Shown: positions 26,802 to 35,302, counted from the first letter of the stretch. The stretch is DNA of 64,000 nucleotides from Candidatus Hydrogenedentales bacterium (GCA_041859365.1 JBHEKR010000341.1:5821-69820); one strand, 5' to 3'. Numbers and translations are program-made. Notes: generated from the letters alone by a model not told the origin.

Positions 26802-27806
26802 TTAGACTGTGTGCTTTGATTCCCATCGCGCCCAGCGTTCCATCGCGCTGCACACGGTCTCCTGCGCGATACATGCAGCACGCAGTCGCGCGCTGGATTC
26901 CTCGCAGTCACCCGCAATCGCGGCGGCAAAGCACTTCAAATCATCCACGAGATCAGGACTGCCGGTTGGTGGTGGCAGCTCGATCTGGTCGATCACGCCA
27001 CGCACGAGCGAGGGGCCTCCGGGGCGATCCGCGCACTCAAGCACTACCGTTGCCCCGTTGTCATAGCGCAGGGTCATCAGCACGCGATCCGGGGTGTTTT
27101 CCGGCTGGCCGTGGAAGACCCCTCCCAGCACGGTAGCCTTTTGTGGCGCTTTCCAGGCCAAGTTGTGTTGGAGTGGGTAGAGCATATTGAAGAGTTGCCG
27201 CGACGCGGGGCCGTGGGAGAACGCCCGATCCCGCTGCCAGGAGGATTCCCCGGACGTTTTTTCGCGCGTAGCGGTTGCCTGGATCCAGAGGGGCGCGCCT
27301 GTCCGCGCCACCGACGCTTTTACCCGCGCCCAGCGGGCAACTTCACCAGAGTCCATGCCTACGTGGAGTACGCGCCGATGATCCTGTGCCAGGGCCACGA
27401 GTTGCCGCGCTTCGTCACCGCTGCGGGCAAAAGGCGGCATGATGTAGACATGCTTCCCGGCCCGCAGGGCTTCGGTGGCCATCTCGGCGTGGAGGTGATC
27501 CGGTGTCGCGATGAAGATTACGTCCAGGTCTTTGCGCTGAACGAGGTTGCACCAGTCGTGTTCCACGTTGGTGAGAGCGCCCCGTGAAAGCGCGCCACTG
27601 CGGGCCGCACAAGCCACGGGCAGCACGGCGCCCTGGCTCAGGGCCATGGCGTCCATCACGCGTTGTCCGCCGGTACCGCAACCGATCAGACCCGCGCGCA
27701 GGGGCGCAATGGCGTGGCTCTCGCCCTGTGTCGCGGCGAACCCGACGGTCGCCGCAGTGGCGATAAAGGCGCGGCGGGAAAGGCGGGTTGAGGTGCGGTG
27801 TTTCAT
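26802..27806 (-). CDS. Tat-signal Gfo/Idh/MocA-like oxidoreductase paralog with a degenerate EKP motif
   Basis: ATG 27806 gives MKHRTSTRLSRRAFIATAATVGFAA (twin-arginine). LRAGLIGCGTGG Rossmann. IATPDHLHAEMATEALRAGKHVYIMPP, where canonical members have CEKP. Confidence 0.8.
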   Translation of the reverse strand: MKHRTSTRLSRRAFIATAATVGFAATQGESHAIAPLRAGLIGCGTGGQRVMDAMALSQGAVLPVACAARSGALSRGALTNVEHDWCNLVQRKDLDVIFIATPDHLHAEMATEALRAGKHVYIMPPFARSGDEARQLVALAQDHRRVLHVGMDSGEVARWARVKASVARTGAPLWIQATATREKTSGESSWQRDRAFSHGPASRQLFNMLYPLQHNLAWKAPQKATVLGGVFHGQPENTPDRVLMTLRYDNGATVVLECADRPGGPSLVRGVIDQIELPPPTGSPDLVDDLKCFAAAIAGDCEESSARLRAACIAQETVCSAMERWARWESKHTV

Positions 27807-27875
27807 GGCGAAGCTCCAAGTTGCGGGTCGCCTGTAGCATGGCAAGAGTGCTTTCGGGAATGCAAGACAACCTCA

Positions 27876-27911
27876 GATCGAACTGATCGGTGTGATCGGT
27901 CTGATTATCGC
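27876..27911. repeat. 4 x 9-bp tandem repeat (GATCGGTNT type)
   Basis: gatcgaact gatcggtgt gatcggtct gattatcgc. It lies just past the terminator of the upstream minus-strand gene. Confidence 0.7.
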
Positions 27912-27917
27912 CCATAC

Positions 27918-27947
27918 GAAAAAAGCGCCCTCCCGAAGGAGGGCGCT
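27918..27947 (-). terminator. Rho-independent terminator of the 27964-29397 oxidoreductase gene
   Basis: Minus strand reads AGCGCCCTCC-TTCG-GGAGGGCGCT followed by TTTTTTC. 10-bp GC-rich stem, tetraloop, 17 nt after the stop. Confidence 0.85.
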
Positions 27948-27963
27948 TCCAAGTCATTTCAAA

Positions 27964-29397
27964 TTATCCGCGATAGTACGGGGCCTTGAGGCTCCAACCG
28001 TTTTGATATTCGCGGTAGGCCCATTCGTTTGCCGCCTTGACGGCCTGTTTGTCGGTCCCGGTGAACTTCTGCGCTTCTTTGTCCCAGCCAAGTTTCGCGC
28101 CACCCGCCACGTACGAGCAGGTGCCGAGGTGGCACAGGCGCGTGGTGTTGTGGATGACTTCCACCGTGGAGATGGGGTCTTCTTTGGAGCGCACGCAGTT
28201 GGCGAAGTTTTCCCAATGGGGTTCGTTCAACTGGCTCTCGCCCGCCTCCTTCGCTTCGATGGGCTGCTCAAGCAACAGGGGTGTGCCTTTGTCATCCTTG
28301 CCGACATTGTTCATGACGGGGAAAACTTTGTAACCGCCGCGGGAGACTTCCATCGTGCCCAGCGTGCCGTAGAACTTGATGCCGTGGCTGTCGTCGCCGT
28401 TCCAGACCCGGTTGGTGAAGCTAATGGTGAAATTGTCGAACTCGTAAAGCACGTCGAGCGTGTCCGGCGTGGTACGGTTGTCCTGAAGCACCCACTTGCC
28501 GCCCGTGGCCACCACACTTTTCGGCTGGAGCGTCGGCTTCTTGTCCTCGTTTTCCATGGCCCACAAGGCGATGTCGAGGAGGTGCGCGCCCCAGTCGGTT
28601 ACTTTGCCACCGGAGTAGTCGAGGAACCAACGGAAGTTATAGATCCAGCGGTTGGTGTTGAAGGGCTTGTGCTCCGTCCAACCCTGATGGAAGTCCCAGT
28701 CAAGACCCTGGGCCTTATATTTCTCCATGTCATCTTCGCCCATCCCGATGCCGGTGATCGGCTCCTTGTCGTGGATCCACGTCTCCACGCGGTGCACCTT
28801 GCCAAGATACCCGCTGCGCACGAGCTGAACCGCTTCCTGGAAGTGGGCGCCGCTGCGCTGCATGTTGCCCGCCTGGAAAACCACGTTGTTGCGGCGAACG
28901 GCTTCCACCATGGCCGCGCCTTCGGCGATCGTCGTGGCGGCCGGCTTTTCGCAATAGATGGCCTTGCCCGCGTCGGCGGCGTGAAGGGTGCACAGGCAGT
29001 GCCAGTGGTCAGGCGTTGCAATGACGACCGCATCGACGTCTTTATTGTCGATCACTTCGCGGAAATCGTGGTGCTTGGTGGGGTTGACCCCGGGTTTGCG
29101 GCTCGCCATGCCATGCGCGCGATCAAGGTTCTTCGCGTAGAGGTCGCAGAAGGCAATGGGCTGCATGTCGTTGCGCTTGAGCACGAAAACCATGTCGGCG
29201 GTGCCCATGCCGCCCAGGCCGATATGGCCGGTGCGGATCATTTCATTGGCGCCCAGAATGGTGGAGGGGAGAATGGACTTGTAGACTCCAGCTCCGGCGG
29301 ATTGGGCGGTGACGGCGGCCGCAGTGCCGACGGCCGCAGTCTTGATGAAGCTGCGGCGGCTTTCCGCGGAGACGGGCTTCTTGGGTGTGTCTGACAT
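27964..29397 (-). CDS. Tat-signal Gfo/Idh/MocA family oxidoreductase
   Basis: ATG 29397 (GGAGGAAG upstream) gives MSDTPKKPVSAESRRSFIKTAAVGTAAAV. IRTGHIGLGGMG Rossmann. ATPDHWH and AGKAIYCEKP motifs. Confidence 0.85.
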   Translation of the reverse strand: MSDTPKKPVSAESRRSFIKTAAVGTAAAVTAQSAGAGVYKSILPSTILGANEMIRTGHIGLGGMGTADMVFVLKRNDMQPIAFCDLYAKNLDRAHGMASRKPGVNPTKHHDFREVIDNKDVDAVVIATPDHWHCLCTLHAADAGKAIYCEKPAATTIAEGAAMVEAVRRNNVVFQAGNMQRSGAHFQEAVQLVRSGYLGKVHRVETWIHDKEPITGIGMGEDDMEKYKAQGLDWDFHQGWTEHKPFNTNRWIYNFRWFLDYSGGKVTDWGAHLLDIALWAMENEDKKPTLQPKSVVATGGKWVLQDNRTTPDTLDVLYEFDNFTISFTNRVWNGDDSHGIKFYGTLGTMEVSRGGYKVFPVMNNVGKDDKGTPLLLEQPIEAKEAGESQLNEPHWENFANCVRSKEDPISTVEVIHNTTRLCHLGTCSYVAGGAKLGWDKEAQKFTGTDKQAVKAANEWAYREYQNGWSLKAPYYRG

Positions 29398-29459
29398 AAC
29401 GTTGACTTCCTCCAGCCATTCGGAAACGAAGGCCATACAGTTGGTGAACAAAGCAAGGC

Positions 29460-29489
29460 ATGATACTCCTCGTCCAAAGGGCAATTCAA
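29460..29489 (-). promoter_or_regulatory. Candidate sigma70-type promoter for the 29397 oxidoreductase gene
   Basis: Minus strand TTGAAT (29489-29484), 18 nt spacer, TATCAT (29465-29460). Confidence 0.35.
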
Positions 29490-29515
29490 AATGAAAAAGC
29501 GCTCCAGGTAATCTA

Positions 29516-29545
29516 TTGGCACTTCTGCGAAGGCTGTGGTACACT
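29516..29545 (+). promoter_or_regulatory. Candidate sigma70-type promoter (extended -10) for the 29580 gene
   Basis: TTGGCA (29516-29521), 18 nt spacer, TGgTACACT (-10 at 29540-29545). AAAGGAG RBS at 29563-29569. Confidence 0.4.
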
Positions 29546-29579
29546 CGCACCGTAACCGGGAGAAAGGAGCCGCAGGCCC

Positions 29580-30086
29580 ATGGAAGAACTTATTACGCAC
29601 TTTCAGGAGAATGCCATGGGGTATGGCATCGGGGCGGTCTGCGCGGCCCCGATTATCTATTTGACCCGGAAGTACTCCGTACCGTTTATCCTTTACATTC
29701 TCGAGTTCTGCATCTACTCCACCGCCATGCACGTGGTCTTCTGGCTCCTGGTAGTGGTGACCAGGTGGTTTAAGGAACAGTCCTCCATGCGCGCGCTGCG
29801 GGAAGACGGTAAGCCGGAAGATGCGCCCGAGTGGGCGACCCCTCTCCTCGAATTCTGGAAAAAGGAGGATTACAATCCAAGCTGGATCTGGATTGTCGAG
29901 GTCGTCTTCCTGGTCATCATCTTGCTCCTCATGTGGCGCTACCGTCCGATGAAGATCCAGCGGAAGGCCAAGCGGGCGACGCAGGAATTCGGCAAGAGCA
30001 GCGCCCGGGCCGGCACCCCGGGCAAGCCGGGCGTCAAGGGCAAGCCGGGCGGCTTTGGCTCCTCCAAGGGTCGATTCGGCCGCTGA
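29580..30086 (+). CDS. Small membrane protein with a Lys/Gly-rich C-terminal tail, unknown function
   Basis: ATG with AAAGGAG RBS. Three hydrophobic segments (GIGAVCAAPIIYL, ILYILEFCIYSTAMHVVFWLLVVV, IWIVEVVFLVIILLLMW). Tail GKPGVKGKPGGFGSSKGRFGR. Confidence 0.5.
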   Translation: MEELITHFQENAMGYGIGAVCAAPIIYLTRKYSVPFILYILEFCIYSTAMHVVFWLLVVVTRWFKEQSSMRALREDGKPEDAPEWATPLLEFWKKEDYNPSWIWIVEVVFLVIILLLMWRYRPMKIQRKAKRATQEFGKSSARAGTPGKPGVKGKPGGFGSSKGRFGR

Positions 30087-30246
30087 GGGTCCTGAGGCGT
30101 CTTGGGTCAGCATACAATTCTGGCTATTCATGCTATTCGCATGACGGCGCTATGCGCTTTTCCGCCAACCTCTTGTCTCGGGCTTGCGCCATGTCAATCC
30201 GGGGAATCAGTTGACAAAGACCCTTCCACATTTTCAGTTAGCGGTG

Positions 30247-30252
30247 TATAAT
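30247..30252 (+). promoter_or_regulatory. Candidate -10 box (TATAAT) for the zinc-ribbon/TPR operon
   Basis: gcggtgTATAATaaag lies about 55 nt upstream of the GTG at 30305. The TTGACA at 30211-30216 is 30 nt away, too far to be its -35. Confidence 0.3.
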
Positions 30253-30304
30253 AAAGTCAGGCTGCAGGTGTGCTGCCACCTGAACGATTAGGAGTTCCCC
30301 CGGC

Positions 30305-30475
30305 GTGTCCGAAACTGCCTATCTGGTGATTATGGTTAGTGTCATCACGGTGGTTGCGCTGGTCAGTGTTCCCGGACTTTTCCGGAAGCGGTGCCCTGCG
30401 TGCCGCGCCTGGAATCCATTGGAAGCAAGAAACTGTAGCAAGTGTCCCCATGTTTTTCCCGAGGACGGTCCCTGA
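30305..30475 (+). CDS. Small (56 aa) membrane-anchored zinc-ribbon protein, not in the ORF track
   Basis: AGGAG (30290-30294) lies 10 nt before GTG 30305. Hand translation: VSETAYLVIMVSVITVVALVSVPGLFRKRCPACRAWNPLEARNCSKCPHVFPEDGP*. One TM helix, positive-inside FRKR, CxxC-X10-CxxC. An alternative ATG lies at 30332. Confidence 0.45.
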   Translation: MSETAYLVIMVSVITVVALVSVPGLFRKRCPACRAWNPLEARNCSKCPHVFPEDGP

Positions 30476-30534
30476 ATCGGGGACTTCTGCCGTTAGTAAG
30501 GGGAGAGAAACGGGAAACCGATTGGAGAAGTGCT

Positions 30535-32280
30535 GTGGGTGCGAAGATAAACTGTTCAATTTGCGGAAAACTCACCGACGCCAGCTTGGATAATTGCCCC
30601 CATTGTGGCTCCCCGGTGACGGTGGGTCGCCCTCCCGCGCCGCCCACGCCGATTGTGGGTGGTGGTCGCACGGATCATTGTCCCTCCTGCGGCACGGTTG
30701 TGCAGGATGGCGACATTGTCTGCGTCCGCTGCGGTGTGAGTCTGCTGACCGGGCACAGAGTGATTAATGACAAGGCCGAATCTTCCCCCGGCGCGGTTCG
30801 TCGCCAGATCCCGCTGGGCCTCGTGGCGGCCGTGCTTGTGTTGCTCGCTGCGGCCGGTGCTGCCGGGGCCTTCTTCCTGATGCGTGACCCGGTGAGTCAG
30901 GCGCGCAAGATGGCCCGAACGGGCGATAAACTCGGCGCCGTGGGCGTGCTCAAGAAGTATGCGGACAGTGCCCCGAATGATGGTGATGCCTTTGCGACCC
31001 TTGGCAAGCTTTACCTGGAAACCCAGCAGTTTCCAGATGCCGCCTCCGCACTGGAGACGGCGGTGCGCCTCGCCCCGGAGGATGAAGATCTTGCCTTTCT
31101 GGCGGTGATAGCCGCAGGCAAGCTCGAAGGCGAGGCGGGCATGCAGCGTCAGATCGCCGCACTTGAACAGCTCGTGAAGCATCACCCGGACAACGCACAG
31201 GCGGTAAAGATGTTGGCCCTCGCTCAGGGAGCTTCCGGCAACGTGGAGCCCAGCAAGGCCAACCTGGGGAAGCTGTCCGCCATTGGGCAGTCTCCGGAAG
31301 AAGTGGCTAAGTATCAGGGTATTGTGGATGCGCTTGCGGGTGATTTGCCCGCGGCCCGGAGCGCCCTCGCGGGTGCTGGCGACAGCGACCCCGGTGTGCG
31401 CGCGGCACTGGGCTATGTTTCCAGCCTGGAAGGCGACGCATTCGCCGCGGCCGATGCGCTGAGCGCGGTGGTGACCGGGGGGCAGGATGCGGACACCGAG
31501 GCGAAGACGCGTCTCGGACTGCTCTACATGGCCCAGGGTCAATTTGCCCAGGCCCTGCCCCTGCTTCGCCCCGCGGACGTGGGCCCTCCTTCGGACAGCG
31601 CCCGTTTCTTCTACGCTCTTTGTCTGCAGACCTCCGGCATGGCCGATGAAGCCGTTCAGGATTTTGAGAAGCTCGTTTCCGGCGGCGGCAAGTTTGCCGA
31701 AGACGCGGCCATCCAGATGGCGATGGTTTACCTGCAGCGGGGCCAGATTGATCAGGCTGCTGAAGCGACGCGCAAAGCGCGCAAGTTTGGCAGCTCGGCG
31801 CGGCTCCACACGCTGGAGGGCAGTATAGCCGCACTTCAGGGTTCGGAGTCCGATGCCCAGGATCAGTTCCGCACCGCGATTCAGGCCGATGCCGAGTACC
31901 CCGCCGCCCACCTGGAACAGGGCCTTATGTATGTTCGCCGCGGCGTGCTGGATGAAGGAATTCGGGAACTGGAGCTCTACATGACGCTGGCCGACCCTGC
32001 GGTTCCCGGCGGGAGATTGAATGAAGTTGAATTGCTCATCAAGCAATTGAAGCAGACTGAGGGCGGTGTTGTTCCCGACGCCACGGCGGCGGCAGCCCGC
32101 GCGCCGCGCCGGGCGGTCGCCACACCCACCGAAGTGCCGGAGGCCGAAGCGGCCCCCGCGCCGGAGGCGGCCCCGACCGCTGAATCCGCGCCGGAGTCCA
32201 GCACGCCCCTGGTGGAGACCCCTGTGGTGGTGGAAGCGCCGGTTCTGGTGGAAACACCGGCGGCCGCGCCGTCCTCCTGA
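30535..32280 (+). CDS. Double zinc-ribbon / single-TM / periplasmic TPR-repeat protein
   Basis: The track start 30442 (GTG) would overlap the small ORF. GTG 30535 follows GGAGAAG. CSICG...CPHCG and CPSCG...CVRCG ribbons, TM LGLVAAVLVLLAAAGAAGAFFL, then TPR-like repeats and a Pro/Glu/Ala-rich tail. Confidence 0.75.
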   Translation: MGAKINCSICGKLTDASLDNCPHCGSPVTVGRPPAPPTPIVGGGRTDHCPSCGTVVQDGDIVCVRCGVSLLTGHRVINDKAESSPGAVRRQIPLGLVAAVLVLLAAAGAAGAFFLMRDPVSQARKMARTGDKLGAVGVLKKYADSAPNDGDAFATLGKLYLETQQFPDAASALETAVRLAPEDEDLAFLAVIAAGKLEGEAGMQRQIAALEQLVKHHPDNAQAVKMLALAQGASGNVEPSKANLGKLSAIGQSPEEVAKYQGIVDALAGDLPAARSALAGAGDSDPGVRAALGYVSSLEGDAFAAADALSAVVTGGQDADTEAKTRLGLLYMAQGQFAQALPLLRPADVGPPSDSARFFYALCLQTSGMADEAVQDFEKLVSGGGKFAEDAAIQMAMVYLQRGQIDQAAEATRKARKFGSSARLHTLEGSIAALQGSESDAQDQFRTAIQADAEYPAAHLEQGLMYVRRGVLDEGIRELELYMTLADPAVPGGRLNEVELLIKQLKQTEGGVVPDATAAAARAPRRAVATPTEVPEAEAAPAPEAAPTAESAPESSTPLVETPVVVEAPVLVETPAAAPSS

Positions 32281-32335
32281 GGCTACTCGGCCTTTAACGC
32301 ACATCCCGATGATGAGAATTTACGGAGAGCACCCG

Positions 32336-33772
32336 ATGACCAAGTTACTGACCGCCCTCGTTACCGCCGCCGCGCTCGCCCTGCCCGCGGGAGCCTGGGG
32401 CCCGAAGACGCAGCTCGCCATAAGCACCGCCGCCCTTCACCTCATATCCAAGGAGGGCAACCAGCCGCTGAGCAAGTTGAGCGAATCCGTACGCCGTGGC
32501 GCCATGGAATCCCAGACCACGGTCACGGCGATGTATCCCGATATGCTTTCCGGCCCGATCCAGGCCATCGAGACCGAAATGGTGCTTTTGAAGGCCATGC
32601 GCGGCGAGAAATTGGACAACTACTTTGCCTACCGCATGGGACTCCTGGGCAAACTGGTGGCCCAGGTGACCGCGCCCATGCTGGAGGCGAACCCGACGTA
32701 TCGCAATCTCTACTACACGGATGTGGAGCGGGTGATCGAGAGTACCACGGTCACCAACCTTCCGAAGCAGAGCGTGGACTCCGGGGACTACTTCACTCGC
32801 TGCATCGCCGAGGCCAACGCCAACAATGACGTAATCGAGAAGGAATACGAGGGAGGGATCGGCATCGGTGGGATCGCCAAATCCCTTCTCGCCGATGATA
32901 CCAGCCGCTCCGCCCGGGCCGTGGCCGATGTTTGGACCACCATTCTCACGGGCGCCGAAGTATCCGGCAATATGTCTCCGGATCGCATGCGGGAATACTG
33001 TCTCTACGGGATGAAATTCTACATCGCCCGCAAGAATGCCGCGGCGATGGAGGCGGCCGAGGTCCGCTATGAAAAACTGGTGGCGCCCGACGCCAACTAC
33101 TTCGTGCAACTGGGCGATTCCTATTTCGACGCCGGGCTGAACGAGCAGGCCATCGGCAAGTACAAGGCCGCTCTTGATCTCGCCCCTGATCGCCGCGATG
33201 TGGCCAGCAAGATCTCCGACTATTATATGGCCAAGGGCCGCACGGATCTGGAGAACGGACAACTCGAGTCCGCGCAGGATTCCTTCGCGGCCGCCCTTGC
33301 TTCCAATCCCCTTCACGAGACCGCCGAAGGCAGCCGCCTCGAGGTGGCCCGCATGATCGAGGACCGGGACGCGCGTCTGGCCGCGAATCAGATACTGCTT
33401 GACAGAGCCGCCGAGCTGGAACGGCTTGCGGATGAAGAGGCGCTGCGCAACCGCGCGGCGGAAGCCATCGATCTGCTGCGCGAGGCCGAAGGCAACTACA
33501 TGGAAGTGACCGACGAATTCCCCCTGGAGTACTCCCTCCGCGAACGGGGCCTGGCCGCCGTGCAAGTTCGAATTCAGGACCTGAAGAAGCAGATTATCGT
33601 CAACGCGGCGGACTTCAGCGGGACCGGCTATGTGCAGGACGTTCCCCGGCTTGTGGCCACCCATGGCACAGGGCTGGACGAAGCGGGTCTGAAGGCCCTG
33701 CTCCGCCGCGCCTATGACACGGAGTATGACGCGGTCGCCAAACGCCTGGAAGAATCCGCCGTGGTGAAGTGA
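32336..33772 (+). CDS. Secreted protein with C-terminal TPR-like repeats, unknown function
   Basis: The track ORF starts at 32066 inside the previous gene. ATG 32336 after GGAGAG gives MTKLLTALVTAAALALPAGAWG (signal peptide). TPR-like YFVQLGDSYFDAGLNEQAIGKYKAALDLAPD. Confidence 0.7.
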   Translation: MTKLLTALVTAAALALPAGAWGPKTQLAISTAALHLISKEGNQPLSKLSESVRRGAMESQTTVTAMYPDMLSGPIQAIETEMVLLKAMRGEKLDNYFAYRMGLLGKLVAQVTAPMLEANPTYRNLYYTDVERVIESTTVTNLPKQSVDSGDYFTRCIAEANANNDVIEKEYEGGIGIGGIAKSLLADDTSRSARAVADVWTTILTGAEVSGNMSPDRMREYCLYGMKFYIARKNAAAMEAAEVRYEKLVAPDANYFVQLGDSYFDAGLNEQAIGKYKAALDLAPDRRDVASKISDYYMAKGRTDLENGQLESAQDSFAAALASNPLHETAEGSRLEVARMIEDRDARLAANQILLDRAAELERLADEEALRNRAAEAIDLLREAEGNYMEVTDEFPLEYSLRERGLAAVQVRIQDLKKQIIVNAADFSGTGYVQDVPRLVATHGTGLDEAGLKALLRRAYDTEYDAVAKRLEESAVVK

Positions 33773-33800
33773 GGCGCGGGGCCGGATTGAGTCATCCCCG

Positions 33801-33856
33801 GAATGGGTCTTATGGGTCGTATAGGACATACTCACCCATAAGACCCATTCTTTTTT
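33801..33856 (+). terminator. Rho-independent terminator built from inverted 9-bp repeat units
   Basis: gaatgggtcttatgggt (33801-17), loop of 16 nt, acccataagacccattc (33834-50), then tttttt (33851-56). 29 nt after the stop at 33772. Confidence 0.8.
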
Positions 33857-34201
33857 CCAATCTCCAAACCCCAGACTCCAGCTCCAGCCTTTTGCAATCC
33901 TTCGAGCCCCTATAGTATGCTTTCCTTGGTTTTATTACGGGTCCTTCCCGTGAGAAGACCGCCCCGAATTCTGGAACCGCCGGTGGCTGGGAGGCTCGCC
34001 GGATGGGGCCGCGCCACGCTCACTACCGGCTGCGGGGTTCCAACGAAGTATTTATCCCTGCCACCCCGCTATCGCGCCGATGCCCTCCCGAACTGGCCCA
34101 GGCCAGCCCCGGATACAGCGGCCTGAAATGGGGCCCGGCAATCGAAAAACTCGTGCCCAGTTGTTCAGAATCCGTACCAAGCAGCCCAAGGAGATGGAAC
34201 C

Positions 34202-35230
34202 ATGCCAGTCGTAGACTTCAAAAAATATTGCGCGATGCTGGAAAAGGCCCAGAAAGAAAAATACGCCTATCCCGCCGTGAATATCACCACCACCGATACC
34301 GTGAACGCCGCCATCGAAGGTTTTGCCGCGTCCAAGAGTGACGGTATCATTCAGGTTTCCACCGGCGGTGGCGAGCACGCTTCCGGCAACCTGAAAGACA
34401 TGGTGCTTGGCGCCATCTCCCTGGCCGAGCACACCCACCGCGTGGCCGCGAAGTATGACATCAACATCGCACTGCACACCGACCACTGCCAGCCCGGCAA
34501 GGTCGACAGCTTCCTGAAGCCCCTGATCGCCGAGACGGCCCGCCGCCGTGCGGCCGGTCTGCCGAACCTGTTCAACAGCCACATGCTCGACGCCAGCGAA
34601 CTGCCGTTGAAGGAGAACATGGCGCTTTCCGTGGACGTTCTGAAGCTCTGCAAAGAGAACGAGATCATCCTGGAAGTGGAAGCGGGCGTGGTCGGCGGTG
34701 AAGAAGACGGTGTGAACCATGAAGGCGCCCCGGCGGAAAAGCTCTACACGACCCCGGCCGACATGGTCGCGGTGTATGAAGCGCTGAGCACGGTGGAAGG
34801 CGCGAAGTACATGTTCGCCGCCACCTTCGGCAACGTCCATGGCGTGTACAAGCCCGGCAACGTGAAGCTGACCCCGATCATCCTGAAGAACGGCCAGGAC
34901 GCCGTGATCGCGAAGTACGGCGAAGACGCGCGCTTCTGGCTGGTGTTCCCCGGCGGTTCCGGCTCCAGCGTGGACAAGATCCGCGAGACCTTGGACTACG
35001 GCGTGATCAAGATGAACATCGACACCGACACGCAGTACGCCTTCACGCGCCCCGTGGTGGAGCACATGTTCCACAACTACGATCAGGTCCTCAAGGTTGA
35101 GGGCGAAGTGGGCAACAAGAAGCTTTACGATCCCCGCGCGTGGCTGAAGAAGGCCCGCGCCAACATGGCCGCCCGCATTTCTCAGGCCTGCGACGACCTT
35201 CGCAGCACCGGAAAGACCATGGGCGTCTGA
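34202..35230 (+). CDS. fba: Fructose-1,6-bisphosphate aldolase, class II
   Basis: AAGGAG RBS. MPVVDFKKYCAMLEKAQKEKYAYPAVNITT..., IALHTDHC, GNVHGVYKPGNVKL are class II FBA signatures. Confidence 0.95.
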   Translation: MPVVDFKKYCAMLEKAQKEKYAYPAVNITTTDTVNAAIEGFAASKSDGIIQVSTGGGEHASGNLKDMVLGAISLAEHTHRVAAKYDINIALHTDHCQPGKVDSFLKPLIAETARRRAAGLPNLFNSHMLDASELPLKENMALSVDVLKLCKENEIILEVEAGVVGGEEDGVNHEGAPAEKLYTTPADMVAVYEALSTVEGAKYMFAATFGNVHGVYKPGNVKLTPIILKNGQDAVIAKYGEDARFWLVFPGGSGSSVDKIRETLDYGVIKMNIDTDTQYAFTRPVVEHMFHNYDQVLKVEGEVGNKKLYDPRAWLKKARANMAARISQACDDLRSTGKTMGV

Positions 35231-35302
35231 TTTCAGCCCCGAAGCATCCTTTCGCGTGTTCGTAGTATAATAAGAAGACGCGCGAGCCAATCGAAGCATT
35301 CG

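Noticed and set aside
27876-27911. CRISPR array (also considered at 54691-54726, 39598-39640 and 10914-11067)
   Set aside because: The repeat units are 7-14 bp with no unique spacers of CRISPR size, and no cas genes are present in the window.
32066-32335. N-terminal extension of the 32066-33772 ORF (and similar TTG/GTG extensions at 10918, 13699, 14818, 27845, 29550, 39703, 40697, 43672, 51792, 61595)
   Set aside because: The track uses the longest possible start, including TTG and GTG. The extensions overlap upstream genes or terminators and are Arg/Pro-rich. Internal ATGs with Shine-Dalgarno sequences yield proper signal or Tat peptides, or canonical protein N-termini.
33857-34201. Possible RNase P RNA, tmRNA, SRP RNA, 6S RNA or known riboswitch
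   Set aside because: I could not find the universal GGAAAGUCCGGGC-type RNase P core, a tRNA-like tmRNA end, the SRP domain IV motif, or TPP/c-di-GMP/fluoride consensus blocks. 6S cannot be judged by eye. The region is kept only as a low-interest finding.
33917-34341. ORFs 33917-34126 and 34003-34341 in the fba upstream region
   Set aside because: Arg/Pro/Gly-rich, no RBS, and the second overlaps the fba start. I treated the region as non-coding leader.
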